30,206 nt of DNA, taken from positions 1 to 30,206 of the forward strand of contig JAWXCN010000275.1 in the NCBI GenBank assembly GCA_034408725.1. The letters are read 5' to 3'. Of this stretch, positions 8,184 through 16,800 are shown one piece after another. Below the pieces are notes generated by a model. That model ran no database searches, had not been told where the DNA came from, and saw nothing but the letters and a program-made list of their open reading frames with translations. Numbering within the stretch: the stretch's first letter is position 1; every line of letters begins with the position of its first letter. Source of the DNA: Candidatus Hydrogenedentota bacterium (GTDB taxonomy: Bacteria; Hydrogenedentota; Hydrogenedentia; Hydrogenedentales; SLHB01). A program made the translations under genes and the position numbers.

Positions 8184-8891
8184 TCATTTTTCTGCCGTAG
8201 AGTTCATTTCCCGATCTACTTCTTCCTGCAACCCGCGCAAAGTTGATTCAATGATTGCGCGGTTACGTTCAATCGATTCCGAATCATCTTCCGCGGTCAC
8301 TGCAATAGGCGGCCCGTAAACGCAGACAATGCGCGAGAACGGCTTCGGAATGACCATGCGGTCCCACGATTTCAATCGCCAGCAACTGCTTGCGCCAAAC
8401 GCGGCAGGCACCACGGGCACGCCCGTTCTTGCGGCGAGGATGGCCACGCCTGGCTTGGATTCACGGCGGGGGCCGCGCGGGCCGTCGAGTGTAAGGCCGA
8501 TGGTGACACGCTGTTCGATGGCGGTTTGCAAACGGCGCAGCGCATCGTGACCGCCTCGACTGGACGAGCCTCGCACAGCATCAAGGCCAATGTATCGAAT
8601 GACGCGCGCGGCAAGTTCGCCGTCGTAGCTGTAGCTTGTGAGCGTATGATACCCGCGGTTTCGATAGCACCACGCGCCCAGTGGCAGCATTTCGTGCCAG
8701 ACCGCGAGCACGACGCAACCGAATCCCTGTTCCGCGCGCTCGTGATATTCAGGATTGCGCACGATGACAGTGCAGGTGTGCCCGATCACGCGCATTGCGA
8801 TCGCAATGAACAATGGAATGAAGAAAAGCGCGACCCGCTGGCGAAACGTAAAAGTGATGGGGTTGGAATAGTCGAGTTCCGGGTGGATCAC
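8184..8891 (-). CDS. DUF374 / lysophospholipid acyltransferase family protein (LpxJ-like)
   Basis: LAVWHE, TSYSYDGE, VRGSSSRGG, TLDGPRGP, KSWDRMVIPKPF; GTG 8891 overlaps panE stop (GTGA) with GGAG RBS. Confidence 0.88.
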   Translation of the reverse strand: MIHPELDYSNPITFTFRQRVALFFIPLFIAIAMRVIGHTCTVIVRNPEYHERAEQGFGCVVLAVWHEMLPLGAWCYRNRGYHTLTSYSYDGELAARVIRYIGLDAVRGSSSRGGHDALRRLQTAIEQRVTIGLTLDGPRGPRRESKPGVAILAARTGVPVVPAAFGASSCWRLKSWDRMVIPKPFSRIVCVYGPPIAVTAEDDSESIERNRAIIESTLRGLQEEVDREMNSTAEK

Positions 8892-9763
8892 CGGCGCTCC
8901 ATGCCTTTCAACAATTGCCATATTACGCGCGTGCGTGGCGTGGGAAGCGCTGACAACTGTGCCCGGCGCACGATCTCGCCGCTGATGGCGTCAATCTCCG
9001 TGGTGCGTCCCGCGCGAACGTCCTGCAACATGGAGGAGATATTCGTGGCGGTGTCCGCACACGTCTGCTCGGCGACTTCGACGACACTGGTTTCGAACCG
9101 GTAACCTTCAGTGGCGGCGACTTTGACCGCCTCGACGACAAGGTCTCGCATAAGCTGGCGCAGTTCGGGCACCTCGAGCATGATGCCGTTCGGCGCGTTC
9201 ACCAGTGCGGTGACGGGGTTTATGCCGGCGTTAACAGCAACTTTCTCCCAAATGACTTGTCCAGGCGATTCCGTCAATTCGATGGTGAATCCCGCATTCG
9301 CCAGGACTTTTGCCGTGGGGCCGGTGGGGCAGGAAGTCCACGCGCCGAATCGCGTTATGCCGGGCGCGGCATGGCGCACGCGCCCGTCTTCGAGTAGTGT
9401 GGCGGCCTCGGATGTTACACCGGCCATAAGATTCGCGCTTCCCACGAGCGAGCAAAGCGTCTCGACGTTGCCCAGGCCATTCTGTAGCGAAAGCACCGGC
9501 GTGCGGCTGTTCAAAGTCAGGTGAATGGTGGCATATGCCTTGACAAGCACCAACACGAGTTCCACGTTGTGTGGGACGGTCATCGAAAGTTTTGGCTTGG
9601 CAAAAATCATTCCGTCCGCCGTTTCCACTGAAATTCCTGATGCCGCCAGGCGCGCGGTCCGCTCCTGCTTATAATCGACCAATGTTATATCGTTACCGGC
9701 TTTTGCCAAGCGGGCGGCAAACAGACACCCCATGGCCCCCGGGCCAACGACGGCGATCTTCAT
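8888..9763 (-). CDS. panE: 2-dehydropantoate 2-reductase (ketopantoate reductase)
   Basis: MKIAVVGPGAMG Rossmann motif, VKAY, LQNGLG, WEKVAVNAGINP, SSMLQD...TEIDAISG. Confidence 0.93.
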   Translation of the reverse strand: MKIAVVGPGAMGCLFAARLAKAGNDITLVDYKQERTARLAASGISVETADGMIFAKPKLSMTVPHNVELVLVLVKAYATIHLTLNSRTPVLSLQNGLGNVETLCSLVGSANLMAGVTSEAATLLEDGRVRHAAPGITRFGAWTSCPTGPTAKVLANAGFTIELTESPGQVIWEKVAVNAGINPVTALVNAPNGIMLEVPELRQLMRDLVVEAVKVAATEGYRFETSVVEVAEQTCADTATNISSMLQDVRAGRTTEIDAISGEIVRRAQLSALPTPRTRVIWQLLKGMERR

Positions 9764-9783
9764 GCGATGGGTCCCTTCCGCTT

Positions 9784-10596
9784 CTAGAGTTCGCTGACGG
9801 CTTTGACGAAACACCCTTTGAAATCATTGATCCTGAGTAACTCGTCGCGCACTTGTGTCGCGGTTTCCTTAGTCTTGTACGAGCCGATGCATGCCTTGAC
9901 AACTCCGTCGTCCTTTGCGGGATATAACCGCACGGCGTAATCGCTCTTGGATTCGATCGAGTTCTTGAAGCGCTCGGCGTTTGCCTGGGTGTCAAACGAT
10001 CCCACCTGCACAGTGAATGGGCCGGAAACTTCGGGCTGGGCTGGCGACGCCGTTGGCGGTAACTGTGTTTTTATGTCTTCAACCGGTGAAACTGGCATCC
10101 CCGTATCAGACGTGGCCGCAGGCATAGGCTCTGCGGGAGTTTCTGTGGCCGTCACCGGAACAGGCGCTTTCTCGACGTCCGCTTCTTCTTTTCGCCGGGG
10201 AGGAGGGGCAGGAACAATCTGCGAGTTCGGCTCGCGCTGACTGACCTGCCGGGAAGCGGGCGCTGAAGCGCCTGTAGGTTCTCCTGGCATTATGACCGGA
10301 GCGGGGGAGATTTGTACGCCCTCGGTCACGACCGGCTGCTGGGACGTATCCCGGGATTGGCGGGACGCCTCTCGCTTGGCGGTTTTTTCAGCGCCGGGCA
10401 ATCGCTCAACCTGCGCGCCGTCCTCTGCGGGCTTGTCTTTCGCGCCTGGTTGATACCGGCCGATGAGAATTCCGATACCGATGCAAATAACCGCCGTGAA
10501 CAATAGGGCCACGACAGAGGAGAGCACTTGCTCGCCATTGGCTTTGCCGTCATTGTTTCCCGCGCGGGGCAGTCTCGGTTTATTGCTGTTCGCCAT
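9784..10596 (-). CDS. SPOR-domain protein (FtsN/DedD-like): N-terminal TM anchor, Pro/Ala-rich linker, C-terminal SPOR
   Basis: TM segment VLSSVVALLFTAVICIGIGILIG; low-complexity linker; FTVQVGSF...NAERF...IGSYKTKETA. Confidence 0.85.
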   Translation of the reverse strand: MANSNKPRLPRAGNNDGKANGEQVLSSVVALLFTAVICIGIGILIGRYQPGAKDKPAEDGAQVERLPGAEKTAKREASRQSRDTSQQPVVTEGVQISPAPVIMPGEPTGASAPASRQVSQREPNSQIVPAPPPRRKEEADVEKAPVPVTATETPAEPMPAATSDTGMPVSPVEDIKTQLPPTASPAQPEVSGPFTVQVGSFDTQANAERFKNSIESKSDYAVRLYPAKDDGVVKACIGSYKTKETATQVRDELLRINDFKGCFVKAVSEL

Positions 10597-11134
10597 GAGT
10601 CGTTTCCCCCGCGTCACCTTCGGACTGCTGTTGCACGGCCTCGAGCGCGTTTAATTCTTCCATCAATTTTACCCGGCCCGCTTCCAACTCTGCATAGGAC
10701 AGATGCGGGTCACGCGCTTCGGCCAAACGGTTGCCGATGCGGTCCATGAAGAGTGCGACGCGCGTTTCGCCATCCGCTCCTTCGGATTCCTTCATAAACC
10801 GAAACACTTTCTGACGGCGAAGGAGCTGCGCGGCAAGAAACGCTTTCGCGATTTCAATTCTGTCGTCCGATTCGGCGGCTTCATAAAAGAGCTGCCGTAG
10901 CGGCGACGATTTTTCCGGGGGCTGTTGCTGCGCGACGCTCGGATCGGTGTATTGCGTTTCCCAGACAGCAATGGAGCCGGAGGCCTGTGAATTTTCCCAG
11001 GTTGGTTTTGCGAAATCATGTCGCACCAATTGCTGTTGTTCTACGCGCATGACGGACACGACGGTTTCGCCGTGTTCGAATTGTTTTTCACTCGAGGCAC
11101 AATTACGCCCGGGTTTTCCGATACGAATTTCCAT
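10580..11134 (-). CDS. Conserved hypothetical protein (184 aa)
   Basis: Fills the gap in a co-directional minus-strand cluster; N-terminal CxxSxxxF..GE..RxDF..W and LAAQLLRRQK resemble, from recall, an uncharacterised family seen in PVC-type bacteria. Confidence 0.75.
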   Translation of the reverse strand: MEIRIGKPGRNCASSEKQFEHGETVVSVMRVEQQQLVRHDFAKPTWENSQASGSIAVWETQYTDPSVAQQQPPEKSSPLRQLFYEAAESDDRIEIAKAFLAAQLLRRQKVFRFMKESEGADGETRVALFMDRIGNRLAEARDPHLSYAELEAGRVKLMEELNALEAVQQQSEGDAGETTHGEQQ

Positions 11135-11147
11135 TAAGCCTTAATTC

Positions 11148-14100
11148 TCATTTCCCGGTTTGCGGTGGTTTCTTGGCTCCCACTATCCCACCACCAATTT
11201 TAAGCAGATCGAACAGGATTTTTCTAGGTGCATCAATTACCTGGAGCGCCTCGCGCGCCGTTTCGAGTGCGCCGCTGACAAGCGTCACGCGCACAGGAGG
11301 TGTCTCGGAGACCGTGCCGACGGGCTTAAACGTGGGCCCCGTGACGTTAAACGCCAGGTCAATATCCTGCTGCGCCAGCCGGTGGCCTTGCACGTTGAAA
11401 TTGTCTCGCATGAGCGGAATATTTTCCGCGGCATCTGGCGAGACGGCGACCTTGATGTTGTAATCCATGTCGCCATCAATAACGAACTCGCCGTTCGCGT
11501 TAAGGCGCATGGCGTCGGATTCGAGGATAATCGAGGGTGTGCGCACGATGTCGCCTTCAAACTCGACGGTCGATTCCAGGTGCGAAAATTTTAGTGATGG
11601 AGGCAATGCAGACACGTCCCCTTCAAGCTGGCGTTCGAATAACGCCATGAGATAGTCCGCGCTGAATTGTCCATTCGATGTATCAAACCGGCCTGATCCG
11701 GTCAAACTGCGTGGATCATCGCGATCCTGCTCGTATCGCACGTCGCCATTCAGATTACCAGTAAAAATCATCGGTTGCCGCAGGTGTTCCATGAAATAGG
11801 ACGAGGGAACATTCGTCCATTTTGCCGTCGTGACATAGGAGTTGTCGGCACGATTGCTGAGGTATGTCCCCTCAATATTTCCTTCATCGACTTTCGCGGT
11901 ATATTTTTCAATACCACTTTCGGCCCCGGTCTGAAACGCATTTCCTTTGAAGTCGCGGCCTTTCCATGGCGGTACTTCCAGGGCGTCGGCTTGCAAGATA
12001 TAGTTGTACGTGCGGTCTGACGGCGGATATTTTTTCAGGTCCCGCACCAGGGGCGCGAACCATTTGTCTCCCCGCAAAGGCGGGGTCTGCGCCTGTTTGG
12101 CGTGCAGGGTTATGGTCGAAACGGGTTTTTCTCCTTCGATCATTTCACCTGTCATCGCAAGGTCTTTGCAAACAATGGCGTTGTTCGCGCCCTCGGCGCG
12201 CGCGGAGATTTCGTCGACGGCCAATGCGAATTTCGCGGTCCATTCAACACCGGATTTTCCATCTACGCGCGTCCAATCATATTTACCGCTGTGCGCGGAG
12301 CCTCCGGAAATAACGTAGGGGAGAGGCAGGCATTTTCCGACCGATACAACGTCCAAGTGGTCTGATGTGGCGTTCAAGGTCCGGAGCTGCCATTTTTTCC
12401 CAGAGTGCCGCAAGTTGGCGGTTGCCAGTAATTTGGTGCCGGCGACGACGCCGTCGACTTCAAAGGTGGCTGATTTTTTTGGGGTGAACTCGCCTTTGAC
12501 GCGGGCGGCTGCGCCAATTCCGGCTGGCTTGAGGAAATACCAACGGTAACCGATTTCGGTTTGCGATGCGTCTACATCGCCTTCAAAACTGATTTTTCCG
12601 TTGTCGATTTTTCCCGTCGCGCGGACGCCCGTGGACCCCGAAAGCGCCGTGTTTCGAATCGACTGGGTAACTTTTATGTTTCCAATATCGGCAATCACGC
12701 CGGACGCGGAGACCTCTCCTTTTTTCGTTTCAACGTCGTACCAGCCGTTCGCAGCCAGGGTTTCATCATTCACCACTGCCGTTAGCGAGGCGACATTGAT
12801 GCGCTTGCCTTCAAGAAGGACAGTGCCCGCAATTCGGGTCGCTTCCAAATCCAAATCAGTTTTGCTCAGCGAGCCATCGAGAATATTGACGGTGCCCGTG
12901 GCGGTCTTGTCCTTCGAGTTCCAAGTGGTGTCGAGGCGGCCCAGTCGCACCGTGCCACCGGGAAAACGCTTATCCTTGGGTTTGAACGACACCTCAGCGC
13001 CCGATGTGGATGCGCGGACGTCAAACGCGGGGCTTTCCGCGGTGCCGGTAAGTTGGATTGCCACGTTTGCGTCCGGGTTTAGCGTGTAGTCTAACGTGCC
13101 GTACTGTTCTGCCCGATCCTGCAGGGCGAAATTGATGATGTCGTCGAGCGGCAATTGCGCGGAAGTCAGTTTGAGATCGAACGCGGGAGAGGGCGCGGAA
13201 AAGTCAATGGAACCCGTCACTACCCCTTGCAAGGTATCTGTCATGGCCTGCGCCATGCTGACTCGTATGATGCGTTCCGCGGGATCGTACGAAGCCTGCG
13301 CGACCACGTTTCCGGTCATGGGTTCGAGGAATTCGGGTTGGTCCCTCGCCAATAGGCCGTTGACAGGCGTTTCGAGTGACAGTGCAATGGTCCCGTCTTC
13401 TTTGCCCGCAATGCGCACACTTGGGCGAGCGGAGCCTTGAAGAATGAATCGGCGTGATGCCGGCAAAAAGGCATTTACGTCGTCTGCGGTCATGTATTGG
13501 ATATCCGCCCTGGCCTCAAAATCATTCAGGGAAATATAGCGGGCATTGGCCTTCACACGTTTTTCCGGGTCGCCGCCGTAGAGCGCTTCGAATGTTCCAG
13601 AGAGCGCGGGGGAATCGGTGAGTTTTGCGACGTCGAAGGAAACGTCAGTCAGGCTGACCGCGGTCTGCGCGGTGATGTCCTCGACGGTTAGCTTGCAGTC
13701 CGACCCCAGAATGCGGAAAGAAAATGGTGGGAGGGAGGCTGTCAATCCGTCCAGCGTTGGCAAGTTCGGGCTGGCCGTTACGTCCTTTGGATGACGGCGG
13801 ACTAAAAGCTCCGCGCCTTCCACCTGGATGCGGTCAACCAGCACCTGTCCGTATAACAACTCCGTGAGGTCTACATATATATAGGCCAACGGAAGTTTCA
13901 GATGGATTTCGGAACCGCCTTTTAGTTGGCGGGAAAGCTCCAGGCCTTCCGCGCGGAGACCACGAAGCCCGAACGCAGACAGCGAGTCGAACTGAATATC
14001 CGTCCCCGTGCGAGACTGGGCGGACTCAAGCAAGCGCCCACGAAGCCCTTCGAGTTTGTACTTTGCGAACAACGCTCCGCCGGTAATGGCGCCAGACAAC

Positions 14101-14216
14101 AAGAGCAACGCCACCAACCAGAACTGGGCGGACCTGCTTGACCGGACCCAGGTATCATGGATGTCACTCTGATTACTTATTGGGTGTGCCTGTCGTTTCC
14201 GGTGTCGTGGGTTCAT
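11148..14216 (-). CDS. Large AsmA/TamB-like envelope protein
   Basis: About 1020 aa; basic N-terminus then one TM segment, long amphipathic beta-rich body, C-terminal LTGSGRF...FEGDIV...VTGPTFKP typical of AsmA_2; start uncertain (ATG 14216 overlaps recA 3' end). Confidence 0.75.
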   Translation of the reverse strand: MNPRHRKRQAHPISNQSDIHDTWVRSSRSAQFWLVALLLLSGAITGGALFAKYKLEGLRGRLLESAQSRTGTDIQFDSLSAFGLRGLRAEGLELSRQLKGGSEIHLKLPLAYIYVDLTELLYGQVLVDRIQVEGAELLVRRHPKDVTASPNLPTLDGLTASLPPFSFRILGSDCKLTVEDITAQTAVSLTDVSFDVAKLTDSPALSGTFEALYGGDPEKRVKANARYISLNDFEARADIQYMTADDVNAFLPASRRFILQGSARPSVRIAGKEDGTIALSLETPVNGLLARDQPEFLEPMTGNVVAQASYDPAERIIRVSMAQAMTDTLQGVVTGSIDFSAPSPAFDLKLTSAQLPLDDIINFALQDRAEQYGTLDYTLNPDANVAIQLTGTAESPAFDVRASTSGAEVSFKPKDKRFPGGTVRLGRLDTTWNSKDKTATGTVNILDGSLSKTDLDLEATRIAGTVLLEGKRINVASLTAVVNDETLAANGWYDVETKKGEVSASGVIADIGNIKVTQSIRNTALSGSTGVRATGKIDNGKISFEGDVDASQTEIGYRWYFLKPAGIGAAARVKGEFTPKKSATFEVDGVVAGTKLLATANLRHSGKKWQLRTLNATSDHLDVVSVGKCLPLPYVISGGSAHSGKYDWTRVDGKSGVEWTAKFALAVDEISARAEGANNAIVCKDLAMTGEMIEGEKPVSTITLHAKQAQTPPLRGDKWFAPLVRDLKKYPPSDRTYNYILQADALEVPPWKGRDFKGNAFQTGAESGIEKYTAKVDEGNIEGTYLSNRADNSYVTTAKWTNVPSSYFMEHLRQPMIFTGNLNGDVRYEQDRDDPRSLTGSGRFDTSNGQFSADYLMALFERQLEGDVSALPPSLKFSHLESTVEFEGDIVRTPSIILESDAMRLNANGEFVIDGDMDYNIKVAVSPDAAENIPLMRDNFNVQGHRLAQQDIDLAFNVTGPTFKPVGTVSETPPVRVTLVSGALETAREALQVIDAPRKILFDLLKIGGGIVGAKKPPQTGK

Positions 14217-15240
14217 CGGCAGGGACAGTGCCCAACCAATCAAGCCCTTTGTTCTTCAGGACGGTTGCGCGGAGCTTGTCGCAAACTTCGGGATTATCCT
14301 TGAGATATTGACGCGTGTTTTCGCGCCCCTGTCCAAGGTTTTCACCGTTCATGGAAAACCACGCGCCACTCTTTAGAATGATTTTTTCTTCAACGGCCAG
14401 ATCGAGAATATCGCCTTCACGGGAAATGCCTTCATTAAAGAGGATATCAAATTCGGCTTGCCGGAAAGGCGGACCCAGCTTGTTCTTGACGACCTTGGCA
14501 CGGACACGGTTGCCAACGTCCTGTTCGCGTTCCTTAATCGTGGCGATGCGCCGGACATCAATCCGTATGCTTGCATAGAATTTGAGCGCGCGTCCGCCCG
14601 TAGTCGTTTCCGGGCTTCCAAACATCACGCCAATTTTGTCGCGAATCTGGTTGATGAAAATCACCAGTGTGCGGGAACGGCTAATGGACGCCGTCAGTTT
14701 GCGCAGCGCCTGGGACATCAGGCGCGCCTGCAAGCCCATGTGCGAATCGCCCATGTCGCCTTCAACTTCCGCTTTGGGCACCAGAGCGGCAACGGAGTCA
14801 ATGACGATGACTTCCACAGCGTTGCTGCGCACAAGGGTTTCGCAGATTTCCAGCGCTTGTTCCGCGGTGTCCGGCTGGGAGACCAGCAGGTTGTCAATAT
14901 CGACGCCAATCTTCGAGGCGAAAACCGGGTCGAGCGCGTGTTCAGCGTCGATGAAACAGGCGAGCCCACCTTGGCGCTGGGCAGTCGCGACCACGTGAAG
15001 CGCCAACGTCGTTTTTCCGGAGGACTCCGGTCCGAAAATCTCGACGACCCTGCCTGAGGGCAACCCGCCGACACCGGTTGCAATGTCTAGAGAGAGACTT
15101 CCCGTTGAGATGGCCCGGACCCGGCGTTCGAAGTGGTCATCTCCCAAACGTAGCAAGGTTCCCCGGCCAAACTGCTTTTCGAGTTGCGCGACTGCGATAT
15201 CGAGTGCTTTTACTTTTGCGTCGTCTTTTGCTGCGGCCAT
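14173..15240 (-). CDS. recA: Recombinase RecA
   Basis: GPESSGKTT Walker [43 protein letters not shown]; no intein visible; GGAG RBS. Confidence 0.99.
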   Translation of the reverse strand: MAAAKDDAKVKALDIAVAQLEKQFGRGTLLRLGDDHFERRVRAISTGSLSLDIATGVGGLPSGRVVEIFGPESSGKTTLALHVVATAQRQGGLACFIDAEHALDPVFASKIGVDIDNLLVSQPDTAEQALEICETLVRSNAVEVIVIDSVAALVPKAEVEGDMGDSHMGLQARLMSQALRKLTASISRSRTLVIFINQIRDKIGVMFGSPETTTGGRALKFYASIRIDVRRIATIKEREQDVGNRVRAKVVKNKLGPPFRQAEFDILFNEGISREGDILDLAVEEKIILKSGAWFSMNGENLGQGRENTRQYLKDNPEVCDKLRATVLKNKGLDWLGTVPADEPTTPETTGTPNK

Positions 15241-15259
15241 TTGTTTTCTCCCACCTTGG

Positions 15260-15275
15260 CTGAATAGAAGTTCAG
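15260..15275. promoter_or_regulatory. Candidate LexA (SOS) operator upstream of recA
   Basis: Inverted repeat CTGAA-tagaag-TTCAG; on the minus strand GAAC-N4-ATTC, one mismatch from the GAAC-N4-GTTC box; about 20 nt upstream of the recA ATG; TTGACA at 15308-15313 (minus). Confidence 0.5.
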
Positions 15276-15608
15276 TATTTGCATAGCTTCGCATAGAATC
15301 GAGCCGCTGTCAAGAAGAAAACTGTGCGAGGCTTATGATAGCGATTATTTTATAGTTACGCAGGCGGTTTGTCCAAGAGAAAAAAGGATAGTGTCTATTC
15401 CGCCGGGTTTTCAGGATTGAATTTTTGGTGCTGATCCAAGTTATGCCAAATCGGATTTCGGCGCGATTTAGACGACGGTGGCAATGCGAGATTTTACGAA
15501 GCGTCCATTTTCGAATGGATGTGTTGGCAAGAATTGCTTTCATCAAAATAAGTAACGAATAATTAACTCCCTATCCGCCTCATGCTAAGACCCTGGCATC
15601 CCTGGCCG

Positions 15609-15637
15609 TTGACACCTCGAATGGAGGGTGTTAGAAT
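15609..15637 (+). promoter_or_regulatory. Sigma70 promoter of tRNA-Gly
   Basis: TTGACA (15609-15614) - 17 nt - TAGAAT (15632-15637) with extended -10 TG. Confidence 0.85.
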
Positions 15638-15654
15638 TTGGCTTCCCTCAGCGG

Positions 15655-15730
15655 GCGGGATTAACTCAGTTGGTAGAGTGCCAGCTTCCCAAGCTGGATG
15701 TCGCGGGTTCGACCCCCGTATCCCGCTCCA
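15655..15730 (+). tRNA. tRNA-Gly (anticodon CCC)
   Basis: 76-nt cloverleaf: acceptor GCGGGAT/ATCCCGC, D arm ACTC/GAGT, anticodon arm CCAGC-TTCCCAA-GCTGG, T arm GCGGG-TTCGACC-CCCGT, discriminator T and encoded CCA. Confidence 0.98.
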
Positions 15731-16078
15731 ATTTTCATTCCGGTTTCGAATTCAAAAACTGAACCCGCGACCCGGCTCCAGGCCACAATTTTCCAATAAG
15801 CCCATAGCAACGTCCCGAGGAAATACGTTGCAAGCTTGCGGGACCGCGTCGCGTAGGTTTCGGTTGCGAATAGTCCGCCCGGTTAAAATGGGATTAATCG
15901 GAACCACTGAAAATTTACAACATCCGATAAGTCTTCGCCGGCCTGTGCACGATATAATATGTTACAAGAAAATAGTTTATAGCGGGATACTCCGATTATG
16001 GGTTAGGTAATTATATGACAGATTCGGAGAGCTAAACGATAGCAACCCAGCGGGAATGCCGCTTCAGGAGCAGCCAAA

Positions 16079-16106
16079 AATGAACATAATAAATATTATC
16101 AGACGT
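16079..16106 (-). other. dif: dif-like XerC/XerD recombination site
   Basis: Minus strand ACGTCTGATAA-TATTTA-TTATGTTCATT: 11-6-11 layout with inner ATAA/TTAT symmetry; right arm matches 9/11 to E. coli XerD arm TTATGTTAAAT; intergenic and AT-rich. Confidence 0.8.
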
Positions 16107-16165
16107 TATGGGTGTAAGTGTGTTCGATGTTCCCTCCCGGTCTGAACCTCCTCTGGCCGCGCTTG

Positions 16166-16468
16166 TTAGGTTGACTCTTCGATGATTCTCGTCAAATCAT
16201 CTATTCTCATCGTAACGCCGCCAACGCGCTCCGCAAGTCTCTTCTGCACCGATGCCATTTCATCGCGCAGTTCGCGCGTGGCTTTGGCGTATTCGTATGC
16301 GGCCAGCAAGGCGAAGGCTTGCGTGTTAATTTTGGAACTGCTGGTTTCGAGGAGTTTCAAGCGCGAGTTGATTTCATCGGCGATGTCTTGTGTTTTTTCC
16401 GTGGACTCATACGCTGGGACACGCAGGGTCAAGCCTCCGAGGCTTACTTCGACCGTGGATATGCTCAT
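16166..16468 (-). CDS. zapA: Cell division protein ZapA
   Basis: 100 aa; N-terminal beta hairpin (VEVSLGGLTLRV), helix, ALLAAY motif, C-terminal coiled coil; typical position after pheT. Confidence 0.8.
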   Translation of the reverse strand: MSISTVEVSLGGLTLRVPAYESTEKTQDIADEINSRLKLLETSSSKINTQAFALLAAYEYAKATRELRDEMASVQKRLAERVGGVTMRIDDLTRIIEEST

Positions 16469-16800
16469 CGGCGAAGCTCCTTCTGAAGAGTTTTCAGATT
16501 CGACAAGAGATGCCGCATTGTGTGCCGCACCTTCTCGCGTTCTGCCTGGACCGTCTCCAGTTCCGAACTCATTTTTTCTGCTTCATCGCGGGCGTGTTGG
16601 AATGTCGTTGACTCTTTGCGCAGGCGCCACTGCTCTTGGCGGAGGGCTTCCCGCTCTTGCTCGATTGCTTGCTGTTCGTCAGTAACCATGCGGCGATTTT
16701 CCGCGATTCTGCCACGCCGGCCTTCGCTCGTATTCCAGGCGTTGGCGAGCCGTTTGATAGCGTCTTCGAGTTTGTCCAGCGCGTCCTCGATTTGTGGCAT
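16465..16800 (-). CDS. Coiled-coil protein, ZapB-like
   Basis: 111 aa, all heptad-rich helix; ends EREKVRHTMRHLLSNL; between pheT (TAATG overlap) and zapA (ATGA overlap). Confidence 0.7.
   Translation of the reverse strand: MPQIEDALDKLEDAIKRLANAWNTSEGRRGRIAENRRMVTDEQQAIEQEREALRQEQWRLRKESTTFQHARDEAEKMSSELETVQAEREKVRHTMRHLLSNLKTLQKELRR

Noticed and set aside
15310-15546. 78-aa ORF upstream of recA
   Set aside because: No clear RBS or motif in AT-rich intergenic DNA; likely spurious
15582-16010. 142-aa ORF on the plus strand
   Set aside because: Runs through the tRNA-Gly gene and its promoter; no recognisable protein features
15960-16165. 6S RNA (ssrS), often found downstream of zapA
   Set aside because: I could not build the long irregular hairpin with a central bubble on the minus strand, and the dif-like site occupies this space; an Rfam scan is needed to exclude it fully
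15731-16165. Intact genomic island or prophage at tRNA-Gly or dif
   Set aside because: No integrase, cargo genes or long direct repeat of the tRNA 3' end; core genes resume within about 440 nt
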